Virus record (IMG/VR): IMGVR_UViG_3300029288_004596
Span: 128,001-192,000 of that record
DNA length: 64,000 nt
Direction: 5' to 3' (one strand)
Origin: a virus
Lineage: Duplodnaviria > Caudoviricetes
Below, piece after piece: positions 1 to 9,569 of the stretch. Under the pieces are notes generated by a model. It worked only from the letters and a program-made list of their open reading frames with translations, had not been told where the DNA came from and did no database searches. Numbering within the stretch: position 1 is the stretch's first letter; every line of letters starts with the position of its first letter. The position numbers and the translations under genes are program-made.

Positions 1-95
1 TTACAGGAGAGGCGACGACCCTGCCAGATCAATAACTCATGAGCGTCCTGACTTGCCAGGGGAGCCTCCCACAAGCAGGAGGAGAGGAGGTAGAC

Positions 96-686
96 ATGGA
101 TAAGATATATGAGTTGCTTAGCGATCATGAACATGATTCCCTGAGAAGAAGACTTCTTGGTAAAGGTCATGTTGATAAGGTTTTGCATACTCTTAATGAG
201 AATCTTGATATCCCTATCAATTATGCTGCTAGAGAGGGCTGTATAGATTGCTGCAGTATACTAATGGAGGCAGGATCTACACCAGGGCATGATTTCTATA
301 TAGGTGAGTTAGGGGTGTTCTCCCCGTTGTTTGTGGCTGCTGGCAAGGACCAGTTGGAGTGTATGAAGTGGCTGATAGACAATGGGTTTCCTATGGATCC
401 TATGCCATACCTTGCGGGAGTTACTCTGTTCACCTATACTATCCATAGAAGAGCCAAGTCCACATTTTCTTATCTGCTAGATAAGGTAGACCTTAACTTG
501 GCTGCTCCTAATGGCGCAACTCCAATGGTTGAATCTATTGGCGGGCTCAGTTGGGAGGATGACTCTTTCTTTGCTAAGTCTCTTGTAGAGCATGGAGCTA
601 ACATTGATAACTTGGAGAGTCTTATATCTTTGGCCTCAGGTAAGGGTCATAGGATAGCGTATAATTATCTGTGTAGTCTTAGGTAG
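96..686 (+). CDS. Ankyrin-repeat protein
   Basis: Ankyrin-like units (PINYAAREGCIDCCSILMEAG, SPLFVAAGKDQLECMKWLIDNG, GATPMVESI...LVEHGANID); GGAGG RBS before ATG 96; paralog at 37766. Confidence 0.85.
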   Translation: MDKIYELLSDHEHDSLRRRLLGKGHVDKVLHTLNENLDIPINYAAREGCIDCCSILMEAGSTPGHDFYIGELGVFSPLFVAAGKDQLECMKWLIDNGFPMDPMPYLAGVTLFTYTIHRRAKSTFSYLLDKVDLNLAAPNGATPMVESIGGLSWEDDSFFAKSLVEHGANIDNLESLISLASGKGHRIAYNYLCSLR

Positions 687-719
687 TACATCCTGTACTG
701 AGGAAAAGAGCTAGTTATT

Positions 720-965
720 ATGAGGATAAACTGGGAAAGTGGTCTTGTCTCTATAAGAGTAGGAGGCAAAGACTTTGAGGTTATGCAGCACTGCGGAAAG
801 TATAACGGACACACCTTCTTTGTGATGGAAGTGTCTGGAAAGTTCCATCCAGAGTGGTGCATGCATGGTATGAACTTAGGCAAGCCTGTTGATACCCTTG
901 CTAAGGCGCAACAGGTCTGTGAGAAGTTTATTGTAACACGAAAACTTCATAGGAGTGTGGCATGA
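720..965 (+). CDS. Hypothetical protein
   Basis: ORF with ATGA overlap to next gene. Confidence 0.6.
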   Translation: MRINWESGLVSIRVGGKDFEVMQHCGKYNGHTFFVMEVSGKFHPEWCMHGMNLGKPVDTLAKAQQVCEKFIVTRKLHRSVA

Positions 966-1333
966 AACCAAAAGAGATTGAAGAGATCTTGGATATGGTA
1001 GGCAAGAAGATTGCCACCATTACTACCCCGGCCATGAAGGCCACCTTAGAGGCTATGTTCTATAGCAGCGTGGTCCAGATAGGGGCTGGGATTGTTTTCC
1101 TGGTTCTGACTATCTTTATGATCAGAGCTATTATCAAGTGTAGGTGGCAGGCTGATGCTAACCAGGACAAGTGGACCTACTATACTGTCTGCACTACTAT
1201 CTATGTTTCTATTGGCGGCATATCTTTTATAGGGACCCTTATGTGTTTAGCTGATAGGGCTGCCTGGATAGGGCTGTTCTCTCCATCAGGGAAGTTAGCT
1301 TGGGTTATACTGTCTAAACTAACAGGGCAGTGA
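962..1333 (+). CDS. Hypothetical membrane protein
   Basis: Two hydrophobic segments; GGAG RBS. Confidence 0.65.
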   Translation: MKPKEIEEILDMVGKKIATITTPAMKATLEAMFYSSVVQIGAGIVFLVLTIFMIRAIIKCRWQADANQDKWTYYTVCTTIYVSIGGISFIGTLMCLADRAAWIGLFSPSGKLAWVILSKLTGQ

Positions 1334-1338
1334 TACAT

Positions 1339-1527
1339 CAGGGAGTAGCTCAGTGGTAGAGCGCCTGTTGCAGTTCAGATGGTTAACCCTGACTGCAAGG
1401 ATTGCTATGGGGGAGATTCCACTGAAGGTATAATAGTTGACTGATCATCGCTACTATACTGGTTGGGGTTCCCATAGAGTCTTATGTAACATACAGGAGG
1501 TCCGGGGTTCAAATCCTTGCTCCCTGA
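1339..1527 (+). tRNA. tRNA-like gene with ~120-nt structured insertion in the anticodon loop (isotype undetermined)
   Basis: Acceptor CAGGGAG/CTCCCTG; D arm GCTC-AGTGGTA-GAGC; anticodon stem CCTGT/ACAGG; variable loop AGGTC; T arm CGGGG-TTCAAAT-CCTTG; 1369-1492 occupies the loop; no encoded CCA. Confidence 0.75.
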
Positions 1528-1531
1528 ATAT

Positions 1532-1599
1532 GGAAGACTTAGTTTAATGAGAAAACTATCGACGGGTAATGTGTGGTTTGATTCCCACAGTCTTCCCCA
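1532..1599 (+). tRNA. tRNA-like gene/pseudo-tRNA with truncated anticodon arm
   Basis: GGAAGACT/AGTCTTCC stem followed by CCA; D-like GTTT-AATGAGA-AAAC; T-like TGTGG-TTTGATTC-CCACA; only TATC-GACG-GGTA where the anticodon arm belongs. Confidence 0.6.
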
Positions 1600-1613
1600 C
1601 TATAGGTGATACT

Positions 1614-1868
1614 ATGAAAATTGCTCTTACTATTGTTGTTGCTCTATTAGTACTGACTGTACTAGGAACCATCTTCCTTATCTATTACTCTTCAGATTCA
1701 GGATATATGATAGTTACTAGACACACCCCTAAGGGGGATGTTTCAACCACATACTCTGGTTACGTGGGCTATGATATATCCTGGAAGTATAAGGTGCTGT
1801 CCTTGGACTATGGGAAATATACATACTACTATGAGATAGATAACTGTGATGTTAGGGTGTACAAATGA
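1614..1868 (+). CDS. Hypothetical membrane-anchored protein
   Basis: AGGTG RBS before ATG 1614; N-terminal hydrophobic helix. Confidence 0.65.
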   Translation: MKIALTIVVALLVLTVLGTIFLIYYSSDSGYMIVTRHTPKGDVSTTYSGYVGYDISWKYKVLSLDYGKYTYYYEIDNCDVRVYK

Positions 1869-2386
1869 TGAAACTATTGATATTTGTTCTTATCCTGTTA
1901 ACTTTTTCTCCTTGTTATGCTGGAGTTTTAGAGGAAGCTAATAAGTTAATCTCTGAGAACAAGAGTATTCAGACTGAGATAGATGCTATGAATGAGAGAT
2001 GGTTCTTTGATAACTATGGAGATAATAGAGATGCTGTCATAGAGCTTGTCTGGAGATACAGAGAGAACATGGAACGCTATAATGAGTTGAGAGCTACTAG
2101 GGAAGGTTCTTCCCTGATGCCTATGCCTACTGCTCATCACTGTTTGACTAAAGAATATATCCCTCATACTAGATCTGAGTTGTACGCAAAGAAGATTCAG
2201 GAAGCTAAGGATAAGAAGGAGTCTGCCAAGTCGAAGAAGGAGTTCATCTATGATCTAAAGCTCACTGGTTTGATTACTCTAGGTGTAGTAAGTGCTGTGG
2301 CTTTCTTCTTTTTCATTATAAACTTTGTGACTTGGTACAGAGACAGACCTAAGAAAGATAAACCTAAGGAAGATATAGAATACTAG
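1865..2386 (+). CDS. Hypothetical protein with signal peptide and C-terminal TM
   Basis: MMKLLIFVLILLTFSPCYA leader; TM near C-terminus; tail KPKEDIEY. Confidence 0.65.
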   Translation: MMKLLIFVLILLTFSPCYAGVLEEANKLISENKSIQTEIDAMNERWFFDNYGDNRDAVIELVWRYRENMERYNELRATREGSSLMPMPTAHHCLTKEYIPHTRSELYAKKIQEAKDKKESAKSKKEFIYDLKLTGLITLGVVSAVAFFFFIINFVTWYRDRPKKDKPKEDIEY

Positions 2387-2388
2387 GA

Positions 2389-2931
2389 GTGGATATGGAT
2401 AGAGCAATTATAGTGGATAGTAATAATCAGTGTTCCTACTACTATCCATACGAGGTATCTCTTGAGGATGGGGAACTTGAGGTAGCCATTAAGTTTGCCA
2501 ACGCTATGATCCTACTATATAGAGTAGAGAAAACTGGTAATACATATGTGCTAGAGGGTAGTAAGAGTTCCTATGAGAAGATTGTACAAAACATATCTAA
2601 GGACCCTACCTGTTTTCCAGACAAGTCATATAAGGATGCTAGCTATCCTATCTACTCTATAGTGACTAGGGATGGGAGCGACTTTGTAGAGAAGGTTACT
2701 ATCTCTGTATGCGCTCTGCCTTCCATTAGCACTAGAGTTGTTGATAGGTATAGAATCTTTATAGACCAAGGGGACTATCATATGGGGTGCTGCACTTACC
2801 ATGAGAGTACTAAGATGGGCAGGAAACTAAAGGCTCTCTACGATTCTATGGTAGAGAAGTATTCTATTCAGGATGTAGTAGAAGTAGAAAGGAAGGGATT
2901 AGGAGAAGTTCTCTTTGGTGAGGTGTCATGA
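2389..2931 (+). CDS. Hypothetical protein
   Basis: 180-aa ORF coupled to neighbours. Confidence 0.6.
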   Translation: MDMDRAIIVDSNNQCSYYYPYEVSLEDGELEVAIKFANAMILLYRVEKTGNTYVLEGSKSSYEKIVQNISKDPTCFPDKSYKDASYPIYSIVTRDGSDFVEKVTISVCALPSISTRVVDRYRIFIDQGDYHMGCCTYHESTKMGRKLKALYDSMVEKYSIQDVVEVERKGLGEVLFGEVS

Positions 2932-3347
2932 GTAAGGTTGAGGATGATGCTCTCTTTGCGGAGATAATAAAAACTATGGATGTGAAGAAGGGTGAGTTCT
3001 ATCCTTATTCTACATACTATGGGGAGAACTATATACTGAAGTTTCAGGTGAGTAAGGGCTTAGCTTTAAGGTTGTGCAAAGATAATGGTTCATCTCGTAT
3101 TATGTATACCTATATGTTTGAGGGGTTCTTTACTCATTGGAATAGTACGTGGGAGGTTGTTCCTAGTCCCTTTGTTGACAAGGTTGCAACTATGATGGAT
3201 ACCAAGTTGTTAGAGTATGTGGAAAAGAAGAAAGCTCTGGCTGACTCAGAGAAGAGACTTGCTGAGAAGAAGGCTAAAGAGTTTGTTAGTAGTTTGAGAC
3301 GTGAGAGACCTGCCAAGAAAAGGAAGGTAGAGTCTTTTGACTACTAG
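2928..3347 (+). CDS. Hypothetical protein (likely paralog of 3356..3787)
   Basis: Similar Y..Y.G..Y.L.F.vS architecture and basic coiled tail ending ESFDY. Confidence 0.6.
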   Translation: MSKVEDDALFAEIIKTMDVKKGEFYPYSTYYGENYILKFQVSKGLALRLCKDNGSSRIMYTYMFEGFFTHWNSTWEVVPSPFVDKVATMMDTKLLEYVEKKKALADSEKRLAEKKAKEFVSSLRRERPAKKRKVESFDY

Positions 3348-3355
3348 GTGGAGAC

Positions 3356-3787
3356 ATGAGTGAAGTATATTCTGATACTCTACTGAGAGAGTTGTTCCCT
3401 ACTCTACAAGATAGGAAGTACAGACTTATCATAGAAAATAGGGATTGCTATAAGGGGTATTGGGGAGATAGGGTAAATTACGGACTAAGATTTAGCATAT
3501 CGTGGTTTAAGTGGATAGATGTTATCTATGATGAGGGATGCTCCACTGTTCGTTACAGGTTAGTGTTTCCTTTTAGTTTTATTCCTACTACAGAAGGACT
3601 AGTTCCTGATGAGTTGAAGATTCCCTTTATTGATATGATTGCTGTTGAAGAAAAAAAGTATAAGGAAAGACTAAAGCTTAAGTGTGATGAGAAAGCTAAA
3701 GTGGAAAGACAGAAGGCTAAGATAGATGCACAAAAGGCTATTAAGTGTGCCAAGAAGATATCTAGTAGAGAGCCCTTTGACTATTAG
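3356..3787 (+). CDS. Hypothetical protein
   Basis: GGAG RBS; tail ending EPFDY. Confidence 0.6.
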   Translation: MSEVYSDTLLRELFPTLQDRKYRLIIENRDCYKGYWGDRVNYGLRFSISWFKWIDVIYDEGCSTVRYRLVFPFSFIPTTEGLVPDELKIPFIDMIAVEEKKYKERLKLKCDEKAKVERQKAKIDAQKAIKCAKKISSREPFDY

Positions 3788-3803
3788 GAAAGGAGACCTT
3801 ACA

Positions 3804-4094
3804 ATGGGATTTACTGAATATAACTATGCTCTATATGTAGGGTATGTTTTACTATTAATTTTTATTGGATTAATAACTGCTGCAATAGTAACCAAAGATG
3901 ATTCCCTTGGGGCTTTTAGTACAGGCTGGGTATTTCTACCAGCTGTAGCGTTCTTCTGTCTATACTTTGAGTATGGAGATAGGTCTGTGTTTATGGGTCA
4001 TCTCTCTTTTCTACTTGGGTGTTCTATTACCCTTATTCCTATTATAATAAAAAGAATCTTATGTCGCGCTAAGGTGGTTAACTATGAATACTAG
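3804..4094 (+). CDS. Three-TM membrane protein
   Basis: AGGAG RBS before ATG 3804; three hydrophobic segments; shares SFL.G..I with next ORF. Confidence 0.6.
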   Translation: MGFTEYNYALYVGYVLLLIFIGLITAAIVTKDDSLGAFSTGWVFLPAVAFFCLYFEYGDRSVFMGHLSFLLGCSITLIPIIIKRILCRAKVVNYEY

Positions 4095-4392
4095 TTTTAC
4101 TCCAGAGGATGCAGTTTGGTGCGCACATGCTAGTTATGTCTTTTTCTCCCTTATATTTGTATTTGGTATCCCATTCTTTAAGTCAAAGGGTATATTAGAT
4201 GTGTGTGGACTAGGTATGTGTTCCGCAATAGTCCTTTACTTGGGGATCTCTATTGACTTTATCAGGAATACTAAAGACTGGACTCTACTTAATAATCAGA
4301 TGTCCTTCCTTACTGGGTATCTCATCCCAGTAGTCCTGTTTAACATGTTTAGTAAGATTGTCTCTGAGAGGAGGAGTCGTCGTGAATATTAG
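4084..4392 (+). CDS. Three-TM membrane protein
   Basis: Three hydrophobic segments; likely paralog of 3804..4094. Confidence 0.6.
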   Translation: MNTSFTPEDAVWCAHASYVFFSLIFVFGIPFFKSKGILDVCGLGMCSAIVLYLGISIDFIRNTKDWTLLNNQMSFLTGYLIPVVLFNMFSKIVSERRSRREY

Positions 4393-4492
4393 TTATCTAT
4401 TCTGGGGGTTTGTTGTCAGCTCCACTATATATGTGGTGTCCCTTATCATACCCCACTGCCATAAGAAGAAGAAAGACTCATGGGATTTGTAG
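4382..4492 (+). CDS. Small membrane peptide
   Basis: Hand-translated VNISYLFWGFVVSSTIYVVSLIIPHCHKKKKDSWDL; GGAG upstream; fills the gap. Confidence 0.45.
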   Translation: MNISYLFWGFVVSSTIYVVSLIIPHCHKKKKDSWDL

Positions 4493-4758
4493 AACTAGCA
4501 GAACTGTGGCATAAAGAGACTGCCCTTCATTCTTCTATCTCTATTATATGTGAGCACTGGGCTTATCAAGAGATAATCAAGATGGGTATGCCTGTGGTGC
4601 CTCTTATACTGAAGGATATGGAGACCACCCATGGGCATTGGTTCCATGCTCTTACTAAGATAACAGGGGAGAACCCTATACCAGGAGAACATGCTGGTCA
4701 TGTAAACTCAATGGTAGAGGATTGGCTTGCTCTTGGCAGAGAAAGAGGTTGGATATGA
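4480..4758 (+). CDS. Conserved-looking small helical hypothetical protein
   Basis: W..ET..HSS...AYQEII.MG..VVPLIL...HWF.AL..ITGENP pattern recalled from uncharacterised prokaryotic proteins. Confidence 0.6.
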   Translation: MGFVELAELWHKETALHSSISIICEHWAYQEIIKMGMPVVPLILKDMETTHGHWFHALTKITGENPIPGEHAGHVNSMVEDWLALGRERGWI

Positions 4759-5195
4759 GCACTGGCAGTTCCAATACTAAACCCTTTAAGCTCTTCCAGA
4801 TAAGGTGGGCTGAGAAGTTAGGACTACAGGAAGCCCCTTATCTTATAAGGTGGACTCTTATACTCTTTGGGTATAGCATTAGACTGCACCACTGGATTAA
4901 GAGTGATGACAGAAGGTTCTTTCATGACCATTCCTGTGACCTCATCTCCCTTATAATAAAGGGTAAGTATAAAAATGTTACCCCAGATGGAACCTTTGAA
5001 GCAGTGGCTTGGAAGCCTAGGAAGATGAAGGCTACTGTCCAGCACTACCTGGATATTCCAGTGGAAGGGGCTTGGACTATTATATTTTGTGGTAGACCCT
5101 ACCATAAGTGGGGGTTCTATGTGAGGGGTAAGAGGATTAGACCCTTGGAGTACTTCCATAGATATGGTATTATACAGGATAGGTGGTATCAATGA
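4755..5195 (+). CDS. Cupin-like hypothetical phage protein
   Basis: PYL.RW...IRLHH..SDD.R.FHDH...G.Y...H pattern. Confidence 0.55.
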   Translation: MSTGSSNTKPFKLFQIRWAEKLGLQEAPYLIRWTLILFGYSIRLHHWIKSDDRRFFHDHSCDLISLIIKGKYKNVTPDGTFEAVAWKPRKMKATVQHYLDIPVEGAWTIIFCGRPYHKWGFYVRGKRIRPLEYFHRYGIIQDRWYQ

Positions 5196-5422
5196 TAGGC
5201 ATTGAGTGGGAGAGAGTAGAGGGGGCTTATATAGCCTCTTACCATAGATACTCAGCTAAGATCGTTCTCTGGGATAATACTGCTGGGGTAAACAAGTATA
5301 GGTGTCAGGTTATGACAGATGATAAGGAGATAGACTCCTTTATTAGAGACTCCTTGGAGTCGGCTCAAGGAACCTGCAAGACTTGGATAGTACAGTCTGT
5401 ACTGAGGGATTTGTCATGCTAG
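5192..5422 (+). CDS. Hypothetical protein
   Basis: ATGA-coupled ORF. Confidence 0.5.
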   Translation: MIGIEWERVEGAYIASYHRYSAKIVLWDNTAGVNKYRCQVMTDDKEIDSFIRDSLESAQGTCKTWIVQSVLRDLSC

Positions 5423-5431
5423 GAGATAACT

Positions 5432-5854
5432 ATGAGGAGAGAACTTAGGACTACCAGGCAACTAGAAGAAGAGATGGAAGACATCAGGGATAAGATTATT
5501 GAGAGAAATGAACAGAATGAGGAATTGGTAGAGTCTCTCAGCGAGCGCATTCATCCTCTGGGGTACAATATCAGGGCTCCTTACTTTGACTTTATCAGCA
5601 TATCCCATGGAGTTCATGGGGCGGATGACTTCAAAAGATTTGAGGACCCCAATGAGTTCTTAGATAAAGAGGGCGCGCTAGATAAAGACAAGCTCCTTAA
5701 GACTGTCCTTCCACTTATAAAGGAGGACTGTCTTAAGATTATCAGAGATTCAGAGGACCGAATCAGTAGGGACTCCACTCGTCTTCTGGAAGTGATGCGA
5801 GAGTGCAATGAAGCTGTCGTCAAATGCGATGAGCTTCTAGAAAATATGAGGTAA
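5432..5854 (+). CDS. Hypothetical coiled-coil protein
   Basis: AGGAG RBS; charged helical ends. Confidence 0.6.
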   Translation: MRRELRTTRQLEEEMEDIRDKIIERNEQNEELVESLSERIHPLGYNIRAPYFDFISISHGVHGADDFKRFEDPNEFLDKEGALDKDKLLKTVLPLIKEDCLKIIRDSEDRISRDSTRLLEVMRECNEAVVKCDELLENMR

Positions 5855-5860
5855 GCTAAT

Positions 5861-6424
5861 ATGGAACTTGAACTTTTAGCTCAGGCATCTGAGGATATCA
5901 CTAGAATCATTGAGCCCTTCCTGGATGAGACGATGCACCTGGTGGGAAGGGGATTTACTGTCACCAAGGATTTGAGGAAGCACCTCAATGAACTGGAGAA
6001 AAGGCTTAATGAACTTAACATCAGAGGTCCTAGGGGCCATGTTATTTTCTGGGTGAGACCCATCCAGGATGTCACCGCTGGAGGTTACATAGCTTCCAAT
6101 AACAGGATAACCTTAGACCCTGGGCATCTGTATGCTCAGAGAGCTACTGGTTGCTTCCCCAATACATTCATGATGATAGCCCATGAGTTGACTCATGCTA
6201 TGGATGAGGAGCTGGATGACCCCGCTCCCTTCGCTTACTGGGATAGGGAGGCAGAAGTGCGGGCTTACGCTACGGCGGCAGCCTGTTTAGTCCTCAGGCA
6301 CAACTGGGATTCCACTTACCTGGCTCCCCTTATGAGTGGAAGCATTCCCAAAGAGGTCTTGCCCAGAATGGTAAAGACAGCTTTCAGGATTCTTCCAGAG
6401 GAGTATAGGCATAAAGAGATATGA
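5861..6424 (+). CDS. Putative zincin metallopeptidase
   Basis: AHELTHA (HExxH) with downstream E.RA third-ligand motif. Confidence 0.65.
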   Translation: MELELLAQASEDITRIIEPFLDETMHLVGRGFTVTKDLRKHLNELEKRLNELNIRGPRGHVIFWVRPIQDVTAGGYIASNNRITLDPGHLYAQRATGCFPNTFMMIAHELTHAMDEELDDPAPFAYWDREAEVRAYATAAACLVLRHNWDSTYLAPLMSGSIPKEVLPRMVKTAFRILPEEYRHKEI

Positions 6425-6969
6425 CAAACGCTGAAGCTAGGGATCATATCCAGGGGTTTATAGACTATGAAGGAGTTTCCATACTCTTAGAGGCTGGTGG
6501 ACTCTCTATCAGGTTTCCTAGTAACGTTGAGATACTGGCTGGTCCAGCAGCTCCAGAAGATGATGGGGATACTACTATTCTCAGGTTCCTGCATGATATA
6601 ATTGCGACTATTTCTGAGACTAGCAGATATATTCCACAAGAGGACTTCAGGGTGTTGGTATTCTATCTTAATAAGATAGTCTATAGGGTAGCTAAGCCTA
6701 CCGTAGATTCTATAGTTCTGCCCTGCGCTTTCACTCTGAATCTTGAGGAACCCCTTGGGTCTCTGAATATCCTGTTCAAGGATAACTCTATCAAGATATT
6801 TAATGCTCCTGAATTGGCCAGGATCCTGCTCAGTCCTGGTAGTCTTGGGGAAGTGGTCAGGGAGAAGGTAACTAGCCATATAGAAGAAGGCATCACCTAT
6901 TATCAGAGGACGCTGGATGATCTCTTGGTGGCTAGAGCCCAATTTTTGAGAATTAACCAAGGAGAATAA
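6421..6969 (+). CDS. Hypothetical protein
   Basis: 182-aa coupled ORF. Confidence 0.6.
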   Translation: MTNAEARDHIQGFIDYEGVSILLEAGGLSIRFPSNVEILAGPAAPEDDGDTTILRFLHDIIATISETSRYIPQEDFRVLVFYLNKIVYRVAKPTVDSIVLPCAFTLNLEEPLGSLNILFKDNSIKIFNAPELARILLSPGSLGEVVREKVTSHIEEGITYYQRTLDDLLVARAQFLRINQGE

Positions 6970-6972
6970 GCC

Positions 6973-7485
6973 ATGGATATTGCTAAGAAACTGGCCGAGA
7001 TAGTGGCCCCCTACAACTTTAAGCTTGAACTGAGAACTGAAGGAATCTACTTAGTCTTTCCTGACGAGACTGTCTCTGACAAGCTTAAAGGGTCAGCTAT
7101 AGAAGAAGTGGTTGACGGTGCCCTAGATATTGTTTCTGAATACTATACTAGTAGAATGAAAGGTTCACATAAGATTGTCACGGAAATAGCTCACACTAGA
7201 GACGAACTTATAGGCTGCAGGGCTGGTGATGTATACAGGGAACTCAAAAGCATCATACCAGTAGAGTGTGGCATTATAACCCAAGCCTCTTCAGGCGTCA
7301 TTAAGATATATTGTCATGGAGTCTTTACTGACATTAGCGTTCAGAGATACTACCTCCAGCATGGCAAGGATAGGTATATCTCAGCTATCAAAGAAGATGT
7401 GGCCTTTCTTATAGAAGACGGACTTCGTAAGCATGAGGTGGCGGTTGAGAAATCCAAGGAGGTCTTGGAGTTATTGAGGTCATGA
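6973..7485 (+). CDS. Hypothetical protein
   Basis: 170-aa ORF with GGAG RBS. Confidence 0.6.
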   Translation: MDIAKKLAEIVAPYNFKLELRTEGIYLVFPDETVSDKLKGSAIEEVVDGALDIVSEYYTSRMKGSHKIVTEIAHTRDELIGCRAGDVYRELKSIIPVECGIITQASSGVIKIYCHGVFTDISVQRYYLQHGKDRYISAIKEDVAFLIEDGLRKHEVAVEKSKEVLELLRS

Positions 7486-9567
7486 GGATAGAGGACTCCC
7501 CAGCATATGATCTCTTTGACCATACTATCTTAGTCGCTGTATATGAAGGGGCGGATATTATCTGGGATAATTCTGGGGTGACACTCTTTGAAATCCTTGC
7601 TTACTTCCCAGATAAAGGGTTTAGTTTCAGGTCCTTCGCCTGTCAGTCCTTGGACTCAGTGGAACTTTATGCCAAGATTACAGACCGCATGTCCTTCGTC
7701 CCTACCAAGGATGAGATGTTGTTCCACTTGATATGGTGCCTTGATAGGCCAAGTATAACTATAGTGTCCAACTCCCTTATAAACTGGTGTGCCAGAAGGG
7801 AGGCTATACTTCCTGAGGAGAACTACGAAGAATGAGAGTAGAAGGATCCCCTGTGTACAGATACTTTCCTGAGTTGGCTCTTAAGGTATATAAGGATGTA
7901 GATATCGTTTGGGACGCTTCCACCTTGGGGATCTGGAATGTCCTAGCTTACTTCCCTGATAGGGGCTATGGCTTCAGGTGCAACTCTGTTGACCAGGACG
8001 CCAAGATAAATTTCATAACAGGTTACATGGATTTTATCAGAGACCCTGATGATGTCATTGAGTATATGATGGAGCATGTTTCTGAAGAACACTTCGAGGA
8101 TTTTGAGAAGACCTTTTCACAGTGGCTTGAAAATAAGGCCGTAAGGGATATGTTGGCGGAAGGAGACTACGAGGAATGAATGTAGAGGATTCCATTATAT
8201 ATGAGATTCTCCCCAAGCTTGCCGTTGACGTATACTTGGAAGCTGATATTATTTGGGACATCTCAGATAGGAAAGTCCTGGAAGTCTTCGCTTACTTCCC
8301 CGACAAGGGTTTTGGTTTCCGGTGCTGTCTTATAGGGGACATTATATCTAAGTCTTATGTCACAAATAACATGAAGTTTGTAAAGACCCCCGCTGACGCT
8401 ATTCAGTACATGAGGAGGTCCCTTACTCCTGTGAGTTTTGCCTCCTTCCAGAAGGCCTTCGTCAAATGGATTGACAAAACTAACTATGTCGAGGGCATGA
8501 TAATAGGAGGAGACTGGGAAGAATGAAAATAGAAGACTCTCCAATATATGGACATGCCAGCCATGAGTCCCTGAATAGGGTCTATGGGTCAGCCGATATC
8601 ATATGGGATATCTCCACTAAGGGTTACCTTAAGATCCTGGCTTACTTTCCAGTTAGCCAGCTCTTTGGTTTCAGGTATTGTAAGATAAGCAGCAACCTTA
8701 CCGCATCTTATATCTTGAACTACATGCATTGGGAGAAGACCCCAGACTCCATGGTCAAGTATGTGAGGGGACTGGCATTCCCAGGAGATGTTGCTGGTTT
8801 TATAACCGCCTTTGCCAAGTGGATGGCTGATAATGCCTATGGAGTTGAGGAGAACTGGGAAGAATGAACATCAAAGATTGCGCTATAGCCAAGCTGGGAA
8901 CAGTGGGTTCTACCATAGCAGAGATATATGGCACAGAGAATGTGATCTGGGACTTTTCCCATGTGTCTTATCCTAGCTCTGTAGAGGTTGACATCATGTT
9001 CTTTATGGGTGGGCGTTATGTCCATAAAAGAGTGTGCATAGCCTGTCCAGCCTATGTCATTGATATCCTGGAGGATATGACTCTCCATGATATAGTCCTT
9101 GATAGTAAGGAAGCTTTATTAAAGTATGCTTTTAATCTGGACTCTAGCCTGGGGTTTAAGCATTATACCTCAGTGGTTGAGTCTTTGTGTCTCCAAGGGA
9201 ACTATGAGGAATGAATATTAAAGATTGTCCAGTGTATCAGCGATGGTCCAAGCCCACCTTATCCAAGGTGTATGAGGGCGCTGATATTATATGGGATGGC
9301 TCCAATGAAGAGCTCTTAATACTCTTAGCTTATTTTCCTGATAAGGGCTTTGGTTACAGAGCCTGTTCTTATAGCGTTTTGACTGAGAGATCTCTCCTGA
9401 AGAACATGCAGTATGAGGAGAACATCAACGACATGATTGAATACCTCTCAGAACGAGTTTCTACTGAGGAGATGGATACGCTGTCTGAACGTCTTGCCAT
9501 GTGGCTCATTAAACATAACTACACTATCATAGATGGAAAACTTGAAACTGGAAACTGGGAGGAATAA
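7482..9567 (+). repeat. Tandem paralog array A, block 1 (6 CDS, ~115 aa, ..EE tail)
   Basis: CDS 7482-7835, 7832-8179, 8176-8526, 8523-8867, 8864-9214, 9211-9567; M.IEDSP..Y..ADIIWD.S...AYFPDKG.GFR; all end [ND][YW]EE; internal junctions are ATGA overlaps. Confidence 0.9.
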
Positions 9568-9569
9568 TT

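Noticed and set aside
1339-1527. tmRNA
   Set aside because: Has a full D stem, is only ~190 nt, and lacks the G3-U70 alanine identity pair and a recognisable tag ORF
1569-1613. N-terminal extension of ORF 1569..1868
   Set aside because: Overlaps the tRNA-like element; a better RBS-ATG lies at 1614
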